Virus record (IMG/VR): IMGVR_UViG_3300028581_002452
Span: 1-26,338 of that record
Strand: one strand, 5' to 3'
From: a virus
Lineage: Duplodnaviria; Caudoviricetes
Length of the DNA: 26,338 nucleotides
Below the pieces are notes generated by a model. That model was not told the origin of the DNA. It was given only the letters and a program-made list of their open reading frames with translations, and searched no databases. The position numbers were made by a program, and so were the translations under genes. This document shows positions 1 through 6,564 of this stretch, piece after piece (the stretch's first letter is position 1; the number at the start of each line of letters is the position of its first letter).

Positions 1-8
1 TGACGTTC

Positions 9-1460
9 GTGGGTACTACCATACACTCCAGAGACACGTTGAGGATGAGCAAGCCGGGATTCACAGTGGGCACCAAGAGGAACGAGGACGTGGAACGACC
101 GTGGTTCTTGAGAGAGGCCGTGGGAATCAGTGGTAGAAAACCGGGAGATGTTTTTCAAAATATAAAAGATGTTAAAAACCAAATTACTTTTGACACTTTC
201 AAAGCATTTCCAGAAGGAAAATTGAAATTTGTTGATATCAACCAAAGAGATAGAGCTATAGAAAAAATAAAAAAGCAGATTCCAACTCTTATTCCTATCA
301 ACAAACCAAACAACAGTCAATTAGCTTTTGGATTGGCTATTTTTAATTCACAATCTGGGCAACAAGGATATATTAAATTTGGTAGAGATGTACAACAAGT
401 CAACAATCCAGGATGGTGGGGCAATAAAGATATACCCAATTACGAGCCTTATTTTGCTGCAGCAAGAAAAAGTCAAAAAGGATTTGGCCCGGCATCGATA
501 TTTGGCACCAAAACTAGTAAAAAAACTCCGTTAACACCAAACCAAATTGTTACACAGATCAACAGTGTGCTGGGAGAAAGTTTTTCAAATCCTGTAAAAG
601 AAATTATTACAAAAAAAACTTTACCCACGTTCAAAGGACAGGCAGAAAATGCAACAGCAATAAGGGATAATTTTGGAGAAGTATTTGGTCCAGTAGCACT
701 CGTTGCCGGTGCATCCGGCATCACTGGTCCTTATAAGGATGCCGAAAAATATTTAGGGGATTTTTCTGCATGTGGAATATTTTATCCTACGCAACAAGCC
801 AATCCTCTATGTGATAGTTATTTGATAGCATCAAATGGCAAAGAAGTAGGTATAAGTTCTAAAGGCAAGTCGGGAGCCAATGCCAGTATTTTTACCCTTG
901 CAAAAAATATTAAAGAATTACAAATGAATGATCCAACGAATCCCTTACTTAAAACATATAAATTTACAGTAGATACTCTTAATTTTTTAGATGATCACAC
1001 CCTCATCGATGGACCCATCGATTTAGCTCAGACATTGGGAATGATCAACGCCAAAACATCAGGTCAAATTAAAAGTTTATGGAACCCACGATCAGAGGAA
1101 AAAGACATTGCAAAATATCCCGAACTGACAAAAATTTATAATTTATATCCTTTCAAAAGTGGACCGGATGATAAAAATTTTAGATTACGTTTTGCAATAT
1201 TAGCCAATATAGCGAAAGCGGTTTGTGAAAAAATTAATTCAACAAAAGGATTTGGAGAAGGTGCTCTTGCATTTTTAAATCAATCTCAAATTGTTCAAGC
1301 ATACACACAGGTCAACGTATCAGATAAAGATGTCATTGTAAAAGAAATTCGAACAATATATCCTCCAAATTTCCAAGGTACTTTAATTTTAAATGGTGGA
1401 AAAAATTACTATTCTACTAACGCTGTAGGAAAAATTGCGTTTGATTTTAAACCTGCATAA
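9..1460 (+). CDS. Hypothetical phage protein with a possible PD-(D/E)xK nuclease-like core; may be 5'-truncated
   Basis: 483-aa ORF whose frame is open to the window edge (no in-frame stop at 3-8). Motif order FGEVFGP...NPLCDSYL...VGISSKG resembles restriction-endonuclease-like E...D...xSxK. Visibly AT-rich after about nt 145. Confidence 0.5.
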   Translation: MGTTIHSRDTLRMSKPGFTVGTKRNEDVERPWFLREAVGISGRKPGDVFQNIKDVKNQITFDTFKAFPEGKLKFVDINQRDRAIEKIKKQIPTLIPINKPNNSQLAFGLAIFNSQSGQQGYIKFGRDVQQVNNPGWWGNKDIPNYEPYFAAARKSQKGFGPASIFGTKTSKKTPLTPNQIVTQINSVLGESFSNPVKEIITKKTLPTFKGQAENATAIRDNFGEVFGPVALVAGASGITGPYKDAEKYLGDFSACGIFYPTQQANPLCDSYLIASNGKEVGISSKGKSGANASIFTLAKNIKELQMNDPTNPLLKTYKFTVDTLNFLDDHTLIDGPIDLAQTLGMINAKTSGQIKSLWNPRSEEKDIAKYPELTKIYNLYPFKSGPDDKNFRLRFAILANIAKAVCEKINSTKGFGEGALAFLNQSQIVQAYTQVNVSDKDVIVKEIRTIYPPNFQGTLILNGGKNYYSTNAVGKIAFDFKPA

Positions 1461-1493
1461 ATCACCACTAACATAATGTCACAGCAACCATAA

Positions 1494-1499
1494 TAAATA
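1494..1499 (+). promoter_or_regulatory. T4-like late promoter (TAAATA)
   Basis: aaTAAATA ends 7 nt before ATG 1507; no SD in between. Confidence 0.6.
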
Positions 1500-1506
1500 A
1501 TTGTGA

Positions 1507-2082
1507 ATGAGCGATTATTTCGACGGCCGACTATTGATAGCTCCACCCCGCATGCGAGACTACAGGTTCGCGAAATCCGTGATCTACATGTGGAAACACG
1601 ATGTTTCCGGCGCTGCCGGCGTCATCATCAACAAGCCCCTGACCTCTCCCACATTTGAGTCAGTGTGCCAAGAGGGCGAGTTGGAATACATGTCAGCCAC
1701 ATCTCCCAAGATACACTACGGCGGTCCTGTCATGAGCAACATGGTGGGAGTGCTGCACACCTTGGATTTTGAGATCAAGAGCACCAATCCTGTGCGAGAT
1801 AACCTGGGTTTCACCTTGGATCGACAGGCAGTGGAGGCCATCGCATTGGGCCATCCACCCGAGAACTATTTCATCATGATGGGCATGGCCACCTGGGCGC
1901 CGGGTCAACTGGAGCAGGAGATCATGGCGGAACCACCACGCAGGGAAAGCGAATCTTGGTTGGTCATGGACTATGACCTCGAATTGGTGTTCAACACCTC
2001 GGCCAAGGACATGTGGGACACGGCTGTCAATCAGGCAGTGACCCAAAAGACCCAGCAGTTCACCGGCCGCATATTTGGCTAA
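1507..2082 (+). CDS. YqgE/AlgH (DUF179) family protein
   Basis: GRLLIAPPRMRDYRFAKSVIY, GAAGVIINKP, YGGPV, GMATWAPGQLEQEI and W-containing C-terminal motifs are typical of YqgE/AlgH. Confidence 0.85.
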   Translation: MSDYFDGRLLIAPPRMRDYRFAKSVIYMWKHDVSGAAGVIINKPLTSPTFESVCQEGELEYMSATSPKIHYGGPVMSNMVGVLHTLDFEIKSTNPVRDNLGFTLDRQAVEAIALGHPPENYFIMMGMATWAPGQLEQEIMAEPPRRESESWLVMDYDLELVFNTSAKDMWDTAVNQAVTQKTQQFTGRIFG

Positions 2083-2086
2083 CAAT

Positions 2087-2094
2087 TATAAATA
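2087..2094 (+). promoter_or_regulatory. T4-type late promoter, perfect TATAAATA
   Basis: Exact T4 gp55 consensus in the intergenic region upstream of csgF. A second TAAATA lies at 2170-2175, 7 nt before ATG 2183. Confidence 0.65.
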
Positions 2095-2182
2095 TTTGCG
2101 AGCATACTTCCAGGCAGGCGCGAAAAAGTAGCATATTATACACCTAGATTACTGGGCACATTTCCACCGTAAATAGTAAGTC

Positions 2183-2647
2183 ATGACAGGCATAATAAAG
2201 TACAAATCTATTAGTGTGATCCTCGCAGGGCTATTATGCTCGTCTATCGCCACGTCCAGCGAGCTCACACACGAATTCAAGAACCCATCATTTTCGGGAC
2301 AAGGGTTCAGCAACCATGTGCTGACCATAGAACAGATTGAGAACCAGCGAAAGAAAGAGATCCGCGAGAAGCGAGAGGCGGATGCTGCCAAGGCCAAGAG
2401 AGAGGCCGACAGCACCACGCTGGCCAAGTTCCTCAACAACGTGGAGAGCAGGATCTATGCCACCATCAGCAAGCAGCTGGTGGACAACATGTTTGGAGGA
2501 TCGGAGAACTCAGGCACCGTGCAGTTGCAGGGCGCAACCATATCCTGGATCAAGGATGTCAGCACAGACATGATCACTCTCACAGTGGTGGAGGACACAG
2601 GAACCACGACAACTTTAACCGTGCCCATAGGCACCTGGGCATTTTAA
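2183..2647 (+). CDS. csgF: Curli assembly protein CsgF-like
   Basis: Signal peptide followed by SELTHEFKNPSFSGQG, matching the CsgF N-terminal F-x-N-P-x-F-x-G motif. FLNNVESRIYATISKQLVDNMFG helix; directly upstream of csgG. Confidence 0.85.
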   Translation: MTGIIKYKSISVILAGLLCSSIATSSELTHEFKNPSFSGQGFSNHVLTIEQIENQRKKEIREKREADAAKAKREADSTTLAKFLNNVESRIYATISKQLVDNMFGGSENSGTVQLQGATISWIKDVSTDMITLTVVEDTGTTTTLTVPIGTWAF

Positions 2648-2648
2648 C

Positions 2649-3491
2649 ATGATAAAGATTGCATTGATATTGATCCCATTTTTATTGAGCGGCTGTGCTG
2701 GAGTGGTGCAGAGCGTGCAGTACAAGGATCCAGAGATCACACAGGGCACCAAGCTGTTGGATTTTGCTCCAAAACTGGATGGCGAAAAGATCACGGTGGC
2801 GGTGTATTCATTCAACGACAAGACCGGACAGAGAAAACCCAACGACAAGTTCAGCAGCCTCAGCTCCGCAGTGACCCAAGGCGCGGAGGTATGGGTGATC
2901 AAGGCGCTGCAAGAAGTGGGCGGCGGATCATGGTTTAAGGTAGTGGAGCGAGTGGCCATAGACAACCTGGTCAAGGAGAGGCAACTGATACGCAGCACCA
3001 GGGAGCAGTACGAGGGCAAGAACGCCAAGAATTTAAAACCCATGCTGTTCGCGGGCATCATCATAGAGGGAGCCATAGTGAGCTATGACAGCAACGTGGA
3101 GAGTGGTGGAGCAGGTGCCAGATATCTGGGCATCGGCAGCAGCACCGAATACAGGACAGATCAAGTGGTGGTCAGCATGCGAGTGATCAGCGTGCAGACC
3201 GGAGAAGTATTATTGACAGTGGCAGCAGAGAAGACCATAGCCAGCGTCAAGAGCGGCACCACCTTTTTCAAATTCCTGGACATGGGCACCAAGGCCCTGG
3301 AACTGGAAGCGGGCAGTGCAGTCAACGAACCCACCAACTACGCAGTAAGGGCAGCCATAGATGCGGCAGTGGTGGAGCTCATCAATCAAGGTGAGAAGAA
3401 GAAGCTCTGGAAGTTCAGGAGCGCGGGCGAAACAAAACAACCAACACAACCAACAGAAGAGGTCAAGGAAAATGAGCAAAACAAACAGTAA
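2649..3491 (+). CDS. csgG: Curli secretion channel CsgG-like outer-membrane lipoprotein
   Basis: Lipobox LLSGC; VAVYSFNDKTGQRKP, SSAVTQGA, WFKVVER..DNLVKERQLIR, GGAGARYLGIG, TGEVL, NEP...AVRAAI are hallmark CsgG motifs. Confidence 0.93.
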   Translation: MIKIALILIPFLLSGCAGVVQSVQYKDPEITQGTKLLDFAPKLDGEKITVAVYSFNDKTGQRKPNDKFSSLSSAVTQGAEVWVIKALQEVGGGSWFKVVERVAIDNLVKERQLIRSTREQYEGKNAKNLKPMLFAGIIIEGAIVSYDSNVESGGAGARYLGIGSSTEYRTDQVVVSMRVISVQTGEVLLTVAAEKTIASVKSGTTFFKFLDMGTKALELEAGSAVNEPTNYAVRAAIDAAVVELINQGEKKKLWKFRSAGETKQPTQPTEEVKENEQNKQ

Positions 3492-4158
3492 ATTAAAATT
3501 GTTGTCATTGTTGGCTTTGCTTTGGACGTCCACAGCATTGAGCAATGACATCTACATCGAACAGAGCGGAGACAACTTAACATTGAGCGTGACCCAAGAG
3601 GGCACGGGCAACGAAGTGGGCAACAGCACCACTGGGGTCAGTCTCACAGGTGATGACATGGACCTAACCATAAGCCAAGTGGGCAACACCAACACAGTGG
3701 AGATGAACGTGACCGGCGACAACTACACCGGCAACATCGACGTCTCGGGCAGCAGCAACACAACAACTGTGAACTGCGACTCAGTGGGCGCGGGCAATTG
3801 CGGCACTGTGACCAACACTTTAACTTTGACAGGCAACAGCAACACATTGACCCTGAACGTGGGCGAGAACGATGACGCCAGTGACTCCAACATAACCTAC
3901 TCTGTGACCGGCAGCAGCAACACCATCACAGGCACTGTGGATGGAACCAACGTGACTGCCAGCACCACAATATCTGGATCAACCAACACACATGATGTGA
4001 CCATCTCGGGTGGCGGCGTGAGCGGACACTCATTGACGCACTCACACACAGGTGGACTGGGCTCGTTCACTCTCAACCAGAGCGGCATCAATGATACCAC
4101 AGTGAACTTGAACACCAGTGGCGACAACCACAACGTGACCATCACAGTTACGGACTAA
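3472..4158 (+). CDS. Secreted curlin-like beta-solenoid repeat protein (228 aa)
   Basis: Start re-set to ATG 3472, which gives the signal peptide MSKTNSKLKLLSLLALLWTSTALS. Mature part is T/N/G/S-rich with about 11-12-residue repeats (LTLSVTQEGTGN, LTISQVGNTN, LTLTGNSN, YSVTGSSN). Confidence 0.75.
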   Translation: MSKTNSKLKLLSLLALLWTSTALSNDIYIEQSGDNLTLSVTQEGTGNEVGNSTTGVSLTGDDMDLTISQVGNTNTVEMNVTGDNYTGNIDVSGSSNTTTVNCDSVGAGNCGTVTNTLTLTGNSNTLTLNVGENDDASDSNITYSVTGSSNTITGTVDGTNVTASTTISGSTNTHDVTISGGGVSGHSLTHSHTGGLGSFTLNQSGINDTTVNLNTSGDNHNVTITVTD

Positions 4159-5261
4159 TGTGCCGATGGCTGCTGATATTCCTGTTTTGGATCACTGCCG
4201 CTGGGGCAGCACCCATAGGTGATGTGATCGTCAACGAGGGCAGCAATGAGATAGAGCGCAAGGGCGCGGCCAAGATCTCAATAGACAAAGGAACCAAGGT
4301 GGAGAGCCTGGACGTGGTCAAGACCGGACAGGGCAAAGCCAGCATACAGTTCGTGGACGAAACCAAAGTGGATGTGACCAGCCACAGCAAACTGGTGATT
4401 GACGAGTTCGTGTATGATCCCAAGAGTGGCAAGGGCAAGCTCAGCATGCAGGCCGGCATGGGCACGGTGAGATACGCATCGGGCCAGATAGCCAAAAATT
4501 CCAAACAGGATGTGAAGATAACCACGCCCACGGCAGTGATCGGAGTCAGGGGCACCGACTTCACCATGTCAGTGGACGAATTGGGAGGCAGCACCATCAT
4601 ACTGCTGCCCAGTTGCACACAGGTGGGCAGAGACACCATCTGCGTGGTGGGTGAGATATCAGTGGCCAGCGACATGGGCACAGTGATCCTCAACCAAGCA
4701 TTCCAGGCCACCGTGGTGGAGACAGCCCGCAGCCAACCACTGAAGCCCGTGCTGCTGAAACTAGAAGAGGGCATGATCAGCAACCTGTTGGTGATGCGCA
4801 GGCCCGTGGAGATCGACGAAGAGCGCGAGCGTGAGAGATTGAAGAAGCTAGGAGACTTCCTGGGAGTGGACCTGTTGGAGTTTAAAGAGCTCAGCAGAGA
4901 CTACATCGCGGAAAGCGAGAAGGACCTGTGGATGACTGACTTGGATATAGATTTTTTAGATCAGGACTTCCTAGTGGACGTGCTGGATCAGGTCAATGCC
5001 GCCCTGGCCAGACAGATGAAGGATCAGTTGGACAACACACAGACCAAGACCACCCTGGGCAAGGACCCAGAGACCGGCATCGAGCTGTATGATCAGCAAC
5101 CACAATGGTTGTTCCGCAGACAGGACAGCAGCAACACAGTGCAACTGCGCCTCAACAAGGGCTATGGCTACAACATCAACGTGCAACAGGATGATTTTGA
5201 ATTCCGAGATTACAAATTGGGAGATGGCAAGAATGATATCACTATCAAGCAGGTGCAATAA
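4158..5261 (+). CDS. FecR-domain periplasmic protein with acidic linker and C-terminal beta region
   Basis: Signal peptide; DVVKTGQGKASIQFVDETKVDVTSHSKLVIDEFVYDP and ITTPTAVIGVRGTDF are FecR-family motifs. Start overlaps the upstream stop (TAATG). Confidence 0.85.
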   Translation: MCRWLLIFLFWITAAGAAPIGDVIVNEGSNEIERKGAAKISIDKGTKVESLDVVKTGQGKASIQFVDETKVDVTSHSKLVIDEFVYDPKSGKGKLSMQAGMGTVRYASGQIAKNSKQDVKITTPTAVIGVRGTDFTMSVDELGGSTIILLPSCTQVGRDTICVVGEISVASDMGTVILNQAFQATVVETARSQPLKPVLLKLEEGMISNLLVMRRPVEIDEERERERLKKLGDFLGVDLLEFKELSRDYIAESEKDLWMTDLDIDFLDQDFLVDVLDQVNAALARQMKDQLDNTQTKTTLGKDPETGIELYDQQPQWLFRRQDSSNTVQLRLNKGYGYNINVQQDDFEFRDYKLGDGKNDITIKQVQ

Positions 5262-5264
5262 TCT

Positions 5265-6551
5265 ATGAGCAAAAAATTTTTAACAAAAATAATCTTGTTC
5301 ACATTGGCTTGGATGCTGTTGTGGTCCATGGGCAGCCAAGTGAAGGCCGACCTCAACTACAGAACCTATCAGGGCACGGGAGCCTATCCTAATTATCCGG
5401 GCAACGGCAACGAATTGACCTACCCCACAATACTTTCATCAGGCACTGTTTCAGCAATCAATCACAATTGGGGCGGTGGACAAGTATTGAATTCTGGCCG
5501 GAGTGAACAGGTCATAGTGAACTACTATGGCTACATCACCATACCCGCTGCGGGCACCTACACATTTTATAATTTGTCGGATGATGGATTCCGTTTGAGC
5601 ATAGACAACGATGTGGTTATTGCTGATTGGCAGGAACAGGGCACCGCCTACTACAACGGCAGTGGCACCAAGACATTTGCCAGCGCTGGCACCTATGCCA
5701 TCGACGTGTGGTACTATGAGAACGGCGGTGCCGCGGCAGCCATATTGTTCTGGAATCTCAATGGTTCCATCCAGACAGTGTCCGCAAACTATTACACCAA
5801 CACACCACCTGTGGTCTCGGTCACCATAACTCCAAATCAGACCAGCAGGAAGGGCACAGCACAGGGCGCCACGGGCAGCGGCGTGTACATAGAACAGAGC
5901 GGTGACAACCTCACCCTCAACGTGGAGCAGCACGGCACCGGCAACTTCATTGTGGGCAAGAACTGGGCGGGCAGCGGCATCATCGACGGTGACGACAACA
6001 CAGTGAACCTGCAGCAGGGCACTGCCAATCATCCCAGCCACAACAACGGCATGGGCATCAGCATCACGGGCGACACCAACTCGATCACCATGAGACAGGA
6101 CAGCCTGGGATTTGGCAGCGGCGGGCATAGATCCCTCCTGGACCTCACTGGCAACCTCAACTCTGTGATCATGATGCAGGACAACACCGGCAGCGGTGGT
6201 CACTACCAGGACGTGGTCGTGGTGGGCAACAGCAATGACCTCACCCTGCAGCAGCAGAACAACGTGGCCAAGGACCTGTTCACCACCATCACTGGCAACA
6301 GCAACACCGTGAGCGTGATGCAGAAGGATTCGGGACAGCACTACCTGGACGTGATCCTGGGCGGCAACGGACACTCGGTGGGAGTGACCCAACAGGGCAC
6401 TGGCAATCATGCAGCTCGCATCGAGCTCAACAATGGCGGCGGCAGCAGCACAGTGAGCCTCACACAGCAGGGCAGCACCAGCCAGAACTACACACTGACA
6501 CAGACCTGCACCAATGCCAACGGTTGCTCCACTTCGGTCACACAGCAATAA
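5265..6551 (+). CDS. Secreted PA14 domain plus curlin-repeat fusion protein
   Basis: Signal peptide; PA14 motifs YYGYITIPAAGTYTFYNLSDDGFRLSID...WYYENGG. From about nt 5886 there are curlin repeats (NTVNLQQG, NSITMRQD, NDLTLQQQ, HSVGVTQQGTGN). Confidence 0.8.
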   Translation: MSKKFLTKIILFTLAWMLLWSMGSQVKADLNYRTYQGTGAYPNYPGNGNELTYPTILSSGTVSAINHNWGGGQVLNSGRSEQVIVNYYGYITIPAAGTYTFYNLSDDGFRLSIDNDVVIADWQEQGTAYYNGSGTKTFASAGTYAIDVWYYENGGAAAAILFWNLNGSIQTVSANYYTNTPPVVSVTITPNQTSRKGTAQGATGSGVYIEQSGDNLTLNVEQHGTGNFIVGKNWAGSGIIDGDDNTVNLQQGTANHPSHNNGMGISITGDTNSITMRQDSLGFGSGGHRSLLDLTGNLNSVIMMQDNTGSGGHYQDVVVVGNSNDLTLQQQNNVAKDLFTTITGNSNTVSVMQKDSGQHYLDVILGGNGHSVGVTQQGTGNHAARIELNNGGGSSTVSLTQQGSTSQNYTLTQTCTNANGCSTSVTQQ

Positions 6552-6554
6552 ATA
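6549..6554 (+). promoter_or_regulatory. T4-like late promoter (TAAATA)
   Basis: aaTAAATA overlaps the stop codon of the PA14 gene, 10 nt before ATG 6565. Confidence 0.55.
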
Positions 6555-6564
6555 TACACATATT

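Noticed and set aside
1479-1506. TCACA/TGTGA half-sites as CRP boxes responding to the cyclase (also TCACA near 8586)
   Set aside because: Wrong orientation or spacing for TGTGA-N6-TCACA; no complete site was seen.
2095-2132. Possible pseudoknot or SAM-II-like RNA upstream of csgF (UUUGCG/CGCGAA and UACUU/AAGUA)
   Set aside because: The stems are short, only 1 nt links them, it does not match a riboswitch consensus I can verify, and a nearer promoter at 2170 would exclude it from the mRNA.
3540-6540. Recurring ggcaac/ggcagcagcaac nucleotide words suggesting a repeat array or CRISPR
   Set aside because: Explained by Gly-Asn/Ser codons of the protein repeats; no constant-length repeat-spacer structure.
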